From positions 9,116,001-9,180,000 of the forward strand of contig CM052817.1 in NCBI GenBank assembly GCA_028534125.1: a DNA stretch of 64,000 nt. The letters are read 5' to 3'. The notes below the pieces were generated by a model, which worked only from the letters and a program-made list of their open reading frames with translations, made no database searches and was not told where the DNA came from. A program made the translations under genes and the position numbers. This document shows positions 1 through 10,920 of this stretch, piece after piece. Within the stretch, counting starts at the first letter, position 1. Each line of letters opens with the position of its first letter. The stretch is from Lama glama (Eukaryota).

Positions 1-149
1 GTTCCAGAGTAACTTTCATCCCAGCATCTGAAAGCATTTTATTGACATACACCTTTAATTTACACAGCCTCCTGAGGGTAAGTAGCCAGTTTTACTGTTC
101 CCATTTTACAGGTAGAAAAAACAAGGCGGAAAGATACCAGAAAAGGATG

Positions 150-233
150 TGTAGTAGTTAAATGTCTTTGGTTGTAAGCAACAAAAAATGGTTGGCCAAT
201 ATAAGCCCCCCAAAAAGTATATACACATATACA

Positions 234-281
<48 letters not shown>

Positions 282-600
282 GTAGATTTATATGATGTGA
301 GAAAACACATGACTATGAAGAAAGGAAACTGTGTAGCTCCAGGTCCCAAGGCTCCTGGAACCAAGGGGAAGCCTCTTCAGGGTGCTGGTGTCAATGAAGC
401 AGCCACAGCCATGTCTCATTACTATGTCACTCCATTCAAAAGCCAAACTCCAGAGGCACAACTCCTGACCCTTCTAGTCTGGATCTCAGGCCAACCCTGT
501 GAGTGTTATACAACGTGGCTGAGGGGTAATTCCTAAAATGAAACTCAAAAGAAAGAAAGTGAATGTTGGACAGGCCAAAAACTACCTATGCATGTTATAG
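150..600 (-). mobile_element. Old MaLR solo LTR (MLT1K/L-like), interrupted by a GATA microsatellite
   Basis: Begins tgtagtagttaaatgtctttggttgtaagcaacaaaaaa and ends ...gaatgttggacaggccaaaaac, resembling reverse-strand MLT1J/K/L termini. Confidence 0.55.
237..280. repeat. (GATA)11 microsatellite
   Basis: Directly visible perfect tandem repeat. Confidence 0.98.
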
Positions 601-1029
601 GATGGATGAAAATAAAGGAAAGCTTTTACAGATTTCTGCCGGCCTATCACTCTGCCCTTCCTGGAATCAACCAGAAGCTTCTGGAAGCCAGGGGGGAGGG
701 TGTATCCTCGAACCTATCCCACAGCCCACCACAAGGTTCTGTTCAATAAAGTCTGAATTGATACATGCATCATTTGTTGTCTGTGCCATCCTTGACAGAA
801 ATATTGAGGAGTGATTCATGTGCACAATTTCTTTCCCACCAGTTTCCACACACTTCAACACTCCAGGCCATTTTCTGTTTGCAGACCCCTTCCCAGTGGG
901 CAGTGACTGTTTTCCTACCCAGCAAATCCCCCATCCCCTAGAGCTGTTCATCCCCAAGGATGTGTTCAGAACTAGTTCTAGGGTGGCCCATCCAGGATTA
1001 GTTACATCTTAAATCTGAGGCCTCGTCTG

Positions 1030-1150
1030 CCTTAATTTTCTTGTTTGTCAAATAGGAATAGATAATGATTCTATTTCAGAGAGTTATTATGAGGATTACT
1101 AGAAATATTTGTACAGCACTTAGAGTTATCTTGGCACATACTAGGCACTG
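1030..1150 (+). mobile_element. MIR SINE (core and 3' part)
   Basis: tttcttgtttgtcaaataggaat...gttattatgaggatta...cagcacttag...tggcacatactaggcact matches the MIR core/3' consensus. Confidence 0.8.
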
Positions 1151-1339
1151 TGTGTCGCCTTCTGTCACCATCATCATCATCATCATATTACCACTGTTCT
1201 TACAATGGAACACTGCATAAAACCACTGAAGTTTCAGGATTTATTTATGATAAGACTTGGCATTGCATTAATTAACCCATGTTTCTAAAGCTGAAATTTG
1301 GCCTGCTCGAAATCCTCTGATTTCTGCCCATCAGCCTTG

Positions 1340-1790
1340 GGATCTAGTCCAAGGTTCCCTGGATTTGGACCTGCTGAACATTCCAATCTCATCTTCCACC
1401 ACTAAGGTCACACATTTCACCTCCAGTAATACCCAACTACATATAAATCCCCCACATCCAGGATTGTTCATACAACTTTCTGTCTCTGTCTCCCTGGTGT
1501 TTGGAATACCTTTCCTATTTTTTATCACAAATTTAGTTCATTTACCTCCAAGGATCACTTCAAGTACAATATATCCTAGAAAACCTTTCCTGCCACCACG
1601 GTTCAAGCTAAGTTCCCCTCCCTTTTGAGTTTCCCTCTATCTCCACATATAACAAATTACACTGAAATCCCTGATTATGTGGCAATCTGGTCTGCCTCAT
1701 AGATTTCAAGGGAACACCATGAGGAGGGTCCATGGCTTATCTCCTGTGATATTCCCAGCCCCAAGCCTGTAGCCAGGGCTCCACATACGA
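1340..1790 (+). mobile_element. L2 LINE 3' fragment
   Basis: Pyrimidine-rich L2-like tract ending in atctcctgtgatattcccagccccaagc. Confidence 0.55.
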
Positions 1791-2408
1791 TTACTGAAGC
1801 TTGTACTGAAATCTTTCTCATTCCAGCTGATTCATTTGCAAGGCTAGTGGTCTATTTTTTTTGTTCACAAGGCATCTTCATTACTTAAAAGTATTCCCAG
1901 AAAGCCTTGAATTATCAAAGAAATCCAATCTTAGTCATCCAATCCCTTTCTCTCACTTGGATCATATAAGAATCCTAGAGCTTACTAGATCCAGGAAAAT
2001 GGTGGAGAGAGACTGGCATGGTAAGAAGAGAACAGCCTTAGTTTTCATTTCCAGTCCCTAGTGTTGCTGTTACTGAATGTAAGGCCCTGCTCAGTCATCA
2101 GGGACCACCATAAAGTGGATGGTTGTGCTAGAAGCCCCCCTCCCTCTGGACCAGCTCGGCCACAGGAAACTTTGCCAGGGCTCCAGAGGCTGCTGCACTT
2201 AACACTCAGGCCCAGGCCACCATGATGGCCACCACTGCCTTTCAGCTGGAGTAGTTCACTGAACGTTCCCACAATCATGCCCTTGACGCAGTCCAAGACG
2301 ACCCAACCATCTCACTGATGGGGCCTCCAGCCTCTTCAAATATTTAAAGAGGGCCTGTCTTCACTTAGACTATACTTCAGTGGGTCTGTACCTTCAAGTA
2401 AAAAAAAT

Positions 2409-2432
2409 ACACACACACACACACACACACAC
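2409..2432. repeat. (AC)12 microsatellite
   Basis: Directly visible. Confidence 0.97.
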
Positions 2433-2609
2433 ATATGAGTTAGGGAGTGGCCTGCTCACTTATTTTTTTCAGCCCTGAAACCCAAAAAGGCTATTAATTG
2501 CCTTCATTAGGAGTCAAGAAAATTTAGATCTCAGTACCTTTCCTTTAATGTCAGTGTATCTACAGTAACATAAAAAAGAGACACAGGTAAGTTTCTCTGC
2601 TAAGTCACC

Positions 2610-2890
2610 CATTAGTTTTAACACCTACTATGTAACTTGTGCTAACAAGGTCTTGTCCACTGAGGAACTCATTGCATGACTGAGAAGACAGATGATCAAA
2701 TAGAAAACCAGAGCATGGAGAGGTGCAGGTGAGGGCTGAGCTAGAAAGAAGTTCAAGATGAGGAACAAAGGCACAGAGTAGGCACCTGGCTCAGCCTGGC
2801 CAATCAGAAGAGTCGACAGCAGAGCTAAGCCTCAGAGACCAGAAGAAGCTGCTCAGGTGAAGCAGGGAGGCAGAGTGGGAGAGCAGTGGT
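2610..2890 (-). mobile_element. L2 LINE 3' fragment
   Basis: aacacctactatgt...gaggaactcat...agagctaagcctcagagaccagaagaagctgctcaggtgaag resembles antisense L2. Confidence 0.55.
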
Positions 2891-3489
2891 GTTTTGTCTT
2901 TTTTCCTTTCCATATAAATTATATAAACATTCTTCCTGCTGTCAAGCAGAGGTTAAAAGGAAATCATTAAAGACCTTAAGCGTGAGAGTGACGTGGTGAT
3001 GGGGCAGACTGGAGGGAAGCCAGACCGGAGGCAGGAGGACCAGTTTCGAGGCTCCTTCTCTGCTTTCCTCCGGATGAGCTGTCCGCTAATTATAACTTGC
3101 CCATGAAGCCACAGGCCCAGCAGCCTGTGATGACACAGCACTAAGGGGTCCTTGCTTTTGCTGGGGTCCCTAATATGCTTCAGTTGAGTAAGGACTTGGC
3201 TTCCCCAGTTTCCAAGTCTTTCACAAAGCCCCAGAATCCACCTGAGGTCTCAGCCCTGGAACGTCCGTGACCTGAGCTCTGATGCAGGAGTACCCCCATC
3301 ACCGACAGTCTTCCCGGAGTGGGACCTAGAAGGGAGCAATTAGCTGAAAGGAAAAACCCCACGGAGGCATGGGTTCCCTTTGGCTGAAGCAGAGGGCGTG
3401 TGCCAACCACAACGGTGTGGCTTAAGGAACAGGGGTGCTCCTTGACCAACAAGGATTGGGCTTAAATTTATGGTTCTTTTGAGACTGTC

Positions 3490-3870
3490 AGAAGCCAGAA
3501 TGAGTCACGCCCCAGTTTGGCCTGGGGGGAGGGGCAGGTGACGGGGTGTGAGTCACAGCGCAGAGAAGGACTTGCTGGCGCGGGGCTCTAGGAGGACCTG
3601 CAGCCGATGGCGACAGCATCTGGTTTCTCCCACGTTTCCTTTAAGATTGTGAGCTGAGCCGGGGTTACAGCAGGAACTGTACAGCGGCCCCTTATTTATA
3701 GACTAAATAATTAGAGAAAAGAGAAAAACATGCCAGGAATAGGGCTGCCCAGAGAAACCAGAACTTCAGGTCATTTTTTTTTTTAATTAATAAATGAGAA
3801 ATCAGGCTTTGTCTTTCTTCCTCAAAATGCAACATGGTAACTCTACGTCACCGCAGGAAGTGTGATTTCT
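3490..3870. promoter_or_regulatory. Candidate enhancer (AP-1/KLF x2, MEF2, ETS, half-CRE)
   Basis: TGAGTCA at 3501 and 3549, each next to a KLF box; TTATTTATAG 3692-3701; TACGTCA 3844; CAGGAAGT 3854; repeat-free with local CpG retention. Confidence 0.5.
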
Positions 3871-4165
3871 GGGGCCAGACTGGTCTTCGCTGGACTCCTG
3901 CTCTGTTCCCCTTGGCTACCCAACTTCGCAGGCTAAAATCTCTCTGAGCCTTAGCTTCCTGTTCTATCGAATGGATTTAAGCAACAGTACTAATGACTGC
4001 CACTGCTGAACAGTGAATATGTGCCAGGCAATAAACATGGCGTCTTACTCACATCACCTCAAATCATTCTCATTCCCATTTTTAATATTCATTTTCAGGT
4101 TCCCAGGAGGATTAAACGAGCTAACACAGTGAAAGGGTCTCACTGCCTGGCACTACTTAGGGGCT
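3870..4165 (+). mobile_element. MIR, probably with an opposite-strand MIR piece inside (about 3990-4090)
   Basis: ctctctgagccttagcttcctgttctat...ggattaaacgagctaa...tgcctggcac. Confidence 0.65.
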
Positions 4166-4972
4166 GAACAGATACCGTTTTCCTCTTAACCTCGAAGGAG
4201 GCCTAGCTATCTTGAGCCCTAGGTTTTCTCTGGACACTTTCACTTGAGTTTGGTTAAATCTACAGAGGTCTCCCCAGGAGGGAAGAAACGCATGCTTTTT
4301 ATTTTGATCGTTCTTGCACCGTACTGCTTCATTTGCATTTTTTTCATCAATGTGAACTTCACACACATCGTCCTTATTCTGATTTGGAATATGTGGTAGC
4401 TTAGAACTAGCCCAGGACATGAGAATAAAAAGCTGATCTGTTCAAGCAGGAAAGAGACTGGAATAACGCTGTTGTTAATTTACCTGTTACTGTGAGACCT
4501 TGAAGGTAGAAAGAGACAGTTCATTTGGCTTTTCTAAAGTACCCTTCAGACTGTACAAGTCACATCCAGTTGGTACTGGAAGCAGGATTTAAATCCAGAG
4601 CCTAACAAAGGAGAGAGGGACAGGGAGGGAGAGGAGAGAAGCCTCTCCTTTGGCCAGCAGATTCCTCCTCATATGAAACAGGGATTCCTTAGGGAAGTCT
4701 TGTTTCTTACAGAAGACACAGTTATATAATAATTTATATATTATATATTATTCGTTGATAATATACAGTATCTCCCCAAATTATATATAGTATCTCCTTA
4801 AAAGCAGGGGTGGTGGATTATTTTCAGTGAATTCTCCATGATAAATAATGTACAGAAATTGCTCCATGGATTGTTGATAATGAAGGAGGGAACAGGAGAG
4901 AAGACTGAAGTTCAGTTGTACTCAAGAACTGCTGATTCCTGTCTGCCCAGCAGCTGAGAGAGATATGAGACA

Positions 4973-5120
4973 AGCACTGGCTTCAGAATCAGACAGTTCT
5001 TGGGTCAAAGCCAAGCTCTGCCACTGACTGACCTTGGACAAGGCACATCACCTCTTTGAGCCTGCATTTCCTCATCTTTAAAATTGGGATAGTAATACCT
5101 CTGTGCTGTGCAGGATTAAG
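4973..5120 (+). mobile_element. MIR SINE
   Basis: gctctgccactgactgaccttggacaag...gagcctgcatttcctcatctttaaaattgggatagtaatacct. Confidence 0.9.
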
Positions 5121-5353
5121 CCATCTGTATATATAATTCTCTCTCTCTCTCCTTGCCCCGCTCTATCCCTGCATCCATCCGTCCATCTATCAACTGATAA
5201 GCTAAGACTCTCAGAAATCTCACTCCTTTATTCCTCCCCCTCATCATCACTGTCTGTACCCTGCATCCATTTCAGCAACGTTATACAGAGGGTGGTCTGT
5301 TCACACCCCCCTAAGGTACACTGTGATAATGGATAGCTTAGGCCGGATGATGC

Positions 5354-5533
5354 CATAGTGGCTAAGGACCTGGGCTCTGGAGGCAGTGAGCCTGGTCTTG
5401 ACTCTTGGTTCTGTAAACAATTAGTCTTGTGACCTGGTAAGTTAATGAACTTCTCTGTGCCTCGACTGCCTCGTCTGTAAAAATGAAGACATAAAGCACT
5501 TAGAATAGTGTCTGGTTCATAGTCAATACTCAC
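5354..5533 (+). mobile_element. MIR SINE
   Basis: catagtggctaaggacctgggctctgga...ttctctgtgcctc...tctgtaaaa...aaagcacttagaatagtgtctgg. Confidence 0.88.
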
Positions 5534-5562
5534 TGAATCTTATCACATATCTCTATTGCTGA

Positions 5563-5640
5563 CCTCATTTTATAGACAAGTAAAGAGGCCCAGAGAGGCC
5601 GTGATTTGCCCAAGGTCACACAGCAAGGAATGAGGGCAGA
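5563..5640 (-). mobile_element. MIR core
   Basis: cctcattttatagacaagtaaagaggcccagagagg...ttgcccaaggtcacacagc. Confidence 0.85.
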
Positions 5641-5804
5641 GCATGTATCTTCTGCCTCAGCCATCATCTCTTCCTTGTCCACCACACAGCAAGGAGGTGG
5701 GAGAAGAGGAGGAAGGTTCATGGAGAGGAATGTAAGCAGACACAGCCTGGGGAACCGATGTGGAACTATGCCCAGTTCTGAGGCTGGATTGCTTGTAAGT
5801 TCCT

Positions 5805-5900
5805 GGAGCATAGGAACTTATCTAATTCACTTCGTATTTTCTGTGCCCAGCAGTGTCTGGGCCAGAGTAAGCACTAAGGAAATATTTGTAGAATGAACTG
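5805..5900 (+). mobile_element. L2 3' terminus
   Basis: gtgcccagcagtgtctggg...agtaagcactaaggaaatatttgtagaatgaa. Confidence 0.7.
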
Positions 5901-6429
5901 ATAAAGAAGTATACGAGAAAATTTAGGGATGGGGATAATAACAGTGTCAAGACTTTTGAACCCTGATGAGTGATCTGGGTCCAGTGGGTGGGGAGTATCC
6001 AGATTTTTAGGGAAAGAGGGATAGCCAGCCTTGTCCTAGGAGAATACAGCTCAGGTGCAACCTGTTGGAAAGAGAAGGGTAGACTGTCCTTGATTTTGAA
6101 GATTGGGCCCAAAACAGGGTATGTCCAGGGAAGGGGACAGATAAGACTAAATTTACAGATCTCAGCAAGACCTTCCCCCTGACATCTTCCCTATACCTCC
6201 TTCCACTCAGGCCTGGAAAGGGCTTAGTAGAAACTGAGCAGAAATCAAATGGTTGGTTAGGAAGAGTAATTCCCTAAGTTGCCCGGGTGAGTTTTTTCAT
6301 AGAAACACCTAAGTTCTCTTCTCATGCCAAGTTATAATAATCATCATAGTTGTGCTTCACAGGGCATGTTCCTGATGTCATTGGAGTGCCCCCCAAGGCT
6401 GCTACAAGATAGAAAAGACAGAGTCTGTT

Positions 6430-6540
6430 AGCCCCATTTCACAGGTGTGAACACTGAGGGCTAAGAGAGTATGAGAGACATATTCAGGGATGAGGAGCTG
6501 ACTCTCACACAAGAACCAAATCCACACCCTGGCTTCTCCA
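6430..6540 (-). mobile_element. MIR core
   Basis: ccccatttcacaggtgtgaacactgagggctaagagag. Confidence 0.7.
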
Positions 6541-6794
6541 CCCATGTCTCCCATGTTCTGGATGCACGTGTGGCATATCCCGTTGCCCAGGTACCTTCGG
6601 AAGCACGCAAGTCCCTCTCCTGACCTCACACCCCAACCCCTCCACCACCAGGTGTGAGAATTAGGGAGGACACGGGCTCTCCGTCTCCCAAGGTTGGAGG
6701 GAGTCATGATTTGAGCACAGCTGTGATGGCCCTTTGTGAACTAGGGGACATCTGGGTAGTCTAAGTGGTCAGGAGGATGGATTCAAGCAACTGT

Positions 6795-6930
6795 GTAGAT
6801 TCAAACCCATTGTTGGCCCTATACTGACTGTATGGACTTGAGCAACTCACTCAACCTCTCAGGGTCTCAGTTTCTTTATATAGAAAATCATAGGAGATTC
6901 TAGCTCTGTTTAAAGAGTTCTCTGGACAAT
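6795..6930 (+). mobile_element. MIR SINE
   Basis: gattcaaaccc...tactgactgtatggacttgagcaactcactcaacctctcagggtctcagtttc. Confidence 0.8.
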
Positions 6931-7079
6931 TAGAACTTTCCATGATGGCTAGGGCTGCCCCACCAGGTAATGAGTTCCCCATCACTGGAAGTTCACAAGC
7001 AGACTAGTACACATAAGCATCGGGTCTTAGGGAGGACGCTATGTGGGTGAAGTGACCACTAGATGACACTTGGCCAGGA

Positions 7080-7720
7080 CCACTGGTCCCCAAACCACCA
7101 ACTACATCAGAAAAGCCCAAAGGACATTTTCCAAATGCAGGTTCATTGGCCCCACCCCAGGGTACTCTGATTGCAAACATGTCAGATAGAGCTCAAAGAC
7201 CTGGATTTTCCCTAGAAGGATCCAGGTGTATTCGTGTGCTAGGGCTGTCACAACAAAGTACCCTGAACCAGGGGGCCTTAAACAACAGAAATGTATTGTC
7301 TCACAGCTCTAGAGACCAGGAGTCCAAGAGCAAGGTACTGGTGGTTTTGGTTTCCTCTGAGGATGTGAGGGAGAATCTTCTCCACGTCTCTCTCCCAGCT
7401 TCCGGCAATTTAATGCCTCCAATCTTTGGCATTCCTTCGCTTACAGACCCGTCACCCCAGTCTCTGCCTTCATCTTTGCATGGCAGTCTCCCTGTGTGCT
7501 TGTCTGTCTCTGTGTCCAAATCTCCCCTTTTTATAAGTCATCATGGCTTCGGGCCCCCCCAATACATTGACATCTGCAAAGACCCTATTTCCAAAGAAGG
7601 TCTCAGTCATAGGCACTGGAGGGGTTGGGACTTCAACATCTTGTTGAACACCCAAGTCAGCCCATACCCCCAGGCGATTTATATGTGATGTACACGTGCA
7701 GTCAGGATGAAGGCCCAGGA
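7080..7720 (+). mobile_element. MER5-family hAT-Charlie element split by an MLT1 LTR
   Basis: catcagaaa...aaatgcaggttcattggccccacccc...ctctgatt; resumes as ccaggcgatt after the LTR. Confidence 0.65.
7227..7669 (-). mobile_element. MLT1B/C-like MaLR solo LTR with 5-bp TSD CCAGG
   Basis: tgtattcgtgtgctagggctgtcacaacaaagtacc...aaacaacagaaatgtattgtctcacag...gaccctatttccaaagaaggtc; CCAGG at 7222-7226 and 7670-7674. Confidence 0.9.
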
Positions 7721-7729
7721 TTGTGCGGA

Positions 7730-7995
7730 CTAGAGCTTTTCAAACAGAACATGCATACCACCCCGGGGAATCTTACATAACTGCAGGTTCTGATTTGGTG
7801 GGTCTGGGCGGCCTGACACTATTTTTGGGGGGGATTTTTATTTTTTTAATTGGAGGTCCTGAGGATTGAACCCAGGACCTCTTACATGCTAAGCATTCAC
7901 TCTACCACTGAGCTAAACCCCCTTCCTTCCCCTCAGACCCTGCTCTTGAGATGTTAATGTTGTAGGCCCAGGGACCACTGCTTTGAGTAGTGAGG
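7730..7995 (+). mobile_element. MER5A-like hAT-Charlie element split by a SINE
   Basis: ttcaaac...tgcaggttctgatttggtgggtctggg...gatgttaatgttgtaggcccagggaccactgctttgagtag. Confidence 0.75.
7835..7922 (-). mobile_element. tRNA-Ala(AGC)-derived SINE (camelid Vic-1-like)
   Basis: Minus strand reads GGGGGTTTAGCTCAGTGGTAGAGTGAATGCTTAGCATGTAAGAGGTCCTGGGTTCAATCCTCAGGACCTCCA plus an A-rich tail; A and B boxes present. Confidence 0.85.
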
Positions 7996-8489
7996 TCCTT
8001 TCCAACACAATATTCCCAGGAAATCCAGAAATGATCACCAAGCAAATAGAAGCTCTTTTTGCCCCATTTCTCTAATGCAAAGAGCTAGCTTTTTTTTCCC
8101 TCCCAATCTCTGAGTACACAGGGGAAATCCTGCCAGTAGAACTTTGGAGCCTCGGGGCCTGATGCCTGTTCGGGAGGGCGCAGCCTAGGATGAGAACCAA
8201 TCCTAGGGTGGGAAAAAAGGATTGGGCCCCCAAACTCTTGGAAAAGCATCCCTCATTCCTGTGCCCCCTCTCCTGGCTCTGTTTAAACTTACATATTTGG
8301 GGTTATTTTTTTTGCTATGTCCTTTTGCCCTGTCACCCCTAACCCGACCAGCCAAACACCACCATCTGTTATCAGCCCAGCCTGAGCCCCGGCTAGGTGC
8401 AGCTGTCTTCCATGAAGTGACTGCCTCTGGTCCCCTGCGCTGGCCGAGACAGAGGCTGGAGGCTCCTAGCCCAGGGAAGCCGGCCCCCA

Positions 8490-8820
8490 GAGGCAGAAAA
8501 GCCCACCCTTGGCACACGTCAATCCTGGAGGCCGGCTGGTGAAGGTGCGCCCCGCCCCGCACGCACCACCCTGCCCGCGGGGCAACCCCATTCACAATGG
8601 GGCAGGCCTGGCCCTGCACAAAGGCGACAGCTGTGCGGCAAGGCCGGCAAGGCCGCAAGCCAGAGGGGCCACCATCGGAGCCTCGCAGCCTCCTTAATTT
8701 ATTTATAGATGCGCTGGCTCTTTATGTGGCCTAGTTAAGGACGCCTTTCCATAAATATACAGAAACGGATGTTATTCTAGAACCCACCAATAATAGACAC
8801 AGCTGTAGAGACTGTTGCTG
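8490..8820. promoter_or_regulatory. Small CpG-rich candidate enhancer/promoter
   Basis: Locally high CpG density, GC boxes, CACAATG and CACAAAG SOX motifs, CAGCTG, repeated CAAGGCC, MEF2-type TTATTTATAG 8699-8708. Confidence 0.55.
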
Positions 8821-9664
8821 GATTAAGAGCCCTCTCTCCCTCTCATCACCTCCTCCCCCAAAATAGAAAATACAGTTAAAAATGCATATGGGTTTTTTTG
8901 TTTGTTTGTATGCAAAGGAGAAATTCTACTTAATGATGAGATGTTTCTCTGAGAGCAAAGACAGGATTTCCTAGGAAACAACTTTAGGAACGAAGGCTGT
9001 ATCTTTGCCAAAGACATAGCTCTCGCCTTCCCATCCCCGGACAGTGATCCCTGGGCCCTCTGCTTCCATCCTTAAGTGTGAGCCTCTGTTTAACCCAAAC
9101 ATAATCCTCTTGTCACAGAGTCCACATGTGGTTCACCTCTCTGCAAAAATATGATTTGTCTAGCACAATTCTTTCCGAGGGGACCAGTTGTGTGGAGTGC
9201 CGGCCCAGTTACTGCTCTTTGGAGTCAAGGGGCAGAGAAGGAATGGAATCATTACAGAGCTGTGAATGAGTCTCCGGCCCGAAGCCCTTTGTTATTTCTC
9301 CCAGTTTGTTCTACAGACCCTTAATTCTATTATCCAGCTGTAATTTGGCTCTGTGTCTCTCCAACATGCTTTCCTTTCTTCTGCCCTCTTTCTTTTTAAT
9401 CGATTGATTCATCTGTAATTGGATTTTCTCTGGCTCTTACCAGCTATTAAAAGTAGCTGTGTGTGCGTATGTGAGTGAGTGTGCTTCCTAACTAGGCCAC
9501 GCTTTCGAATGCCTTGCAGTCCTGACTCTTGCTCAGGGTTTCTTAGTCTGAATTCAGTTCCCAGATCCCTTTTTGGGCAGCAAGGAATAGAACAGCAGAG
9601 AGAATACGGGCTTTGGAAGCAGACAAAACCATATCATGTTTTGTTTTGTTTGTTTTGCGAAAGG

Positions 9665-9830
9665 CTGACATTTATTGAGTTCATACTATATGCCTGGAGT
9701 TTTTCCAAGCACTTTCCAAGCGTTAATAACCCTCAGTGCACCCTTTTAAGGTAGGCACTATTACTATTCCATTTTACAGATGAAAGAACAGTGACAGAGG
9801 AGGTTAAGGAACTTGTTTACGGTCACACAA
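9665..9830 (-). mobile_element. MIR SINE
   Basis: gctgacatttattgagt...aggtaggcactattactattcccattttacagatgaaagaac...ggttaaggaacttg. Confidence 0.9.
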
Positions 9831-9869
9831 TGAGTTCTTGATCACAATGAGATTTTCCAAAATTCTACC

Positions 9870-10010
9870 CCTTTGTATCTTGTAACTTTAGGCAGGGCTT
9901 ATTTTTCCTGCCTTTGGCTTCACATCTGCAAAATGAGTGAGACTAGATCCTTGGCAGGAGGATTGTTCGAATGTGCTGAGAGCATAGTGCCTGATTCGTG
10001 CTGGGCGTTT
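9870..10010 (+). mobile_element. MIR SINE
   Basis: tgtaactttaggcagg...cacatctgcaaaatgag...gcatagtgcctga. Confidence 0.7.
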
Positions 10011-10399
10011 AATACACAGGAGACCCCAGGGTCGGACACCACAAGGGAGACCAGTAATTCCTGTGCTGTGGCTGAGACCAAGGGCTAAATACGGGAATCC
10101 TGTGAGCGTGGAGAACAGAAATAGAGTGTTATCTTCTGACATTTGCTTACTAAGATGCTGCAGTCTTTTCTTTGGACAAACAAACAGAAACCAAGCAGAT
10201 CACTTTATACAATTGCTGTAAAGATTCTGCTGCTGGTGAGCAGTGGACTTTAGACAAGAATTTCCACCCTCCAGCGACTCATTTTCCCAAATGTAAACGA
10301 TGGGGTTGCCTCATCTATAATGACCTCAGGGGACAGGCTCAGTGCGGTCACTTCAAGGCGGGACCAACTCTGCCAGGGCCATCATGAAGCCTTGAACAC

Positions 10400-10560
10400 T
10401 TATCAGTTGCATTTAATGTAATTATTTAACTATCACCACAAATGCACACAGTCTTATGCCCATTACACGGGTAGGGAAACTGAGGCATCTGTGTAAGGTG
10501 GTTAAGGAACTTGCCCCAGGTAGGATAAGTGGCAGAACCACTCAAACCACCACACTCTTT
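10400..10560 (-). mobile_element. MIR SINE
   Basis: cccattacacgggtagggaaactgaggc...ggttaaggaacttgcccc...taagtggcagaacc. Confidence 0.8.
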
Positions 10561-10804
10561 CCAGTAAGGCACAAGGCCCCCTCTTCGTTTCTGGGTGTCA
10601 GACCTCAGGGAAGATCTGCAGAACTTGGCTTTGTCACTGAGTCGGGGAGGGGGGGACAGCTGCAGGGGGTTACTCTGGGTGCACTGGGAAGGGGTAAATT
10701 GCCGAGGAACAAAGCACATGCCAAACTGACTGCAAAACAGCTTGTGGTTTGCTCACCATTTGGGTTGTATAATACTCCCAACCGCCATTTCTTAAACAAC
10801 CCTT

Positions 10805-10920
10805 TGGATGATTTCACAACGTTGTTGAATGAAATAATGCATATGGAACACTTAGCACAGCACCTGGTCCTCACAGCCTCAAGACTTCCTAATTCATGGG
10901 AGTTATTATAATAATTATTG
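10805..10920 (+). mobile_element. MIR 3' part
   Basis: aatgaaataatgcatatggaacacttagcacagcacctgg. Confidence 0.75.

Noticed and set aside
7146..7688. 180-aa ORF
   Set aside because: Lies within MER5 and MLT1 LTR sequence, has a non-ATG start and shows no protein family signature.
7851..7922. Functional tRNA-Ala gene
   Set aside because: Stem mismatches, an A-rich tail and insertion within a MER5A indicate a SINE copy.
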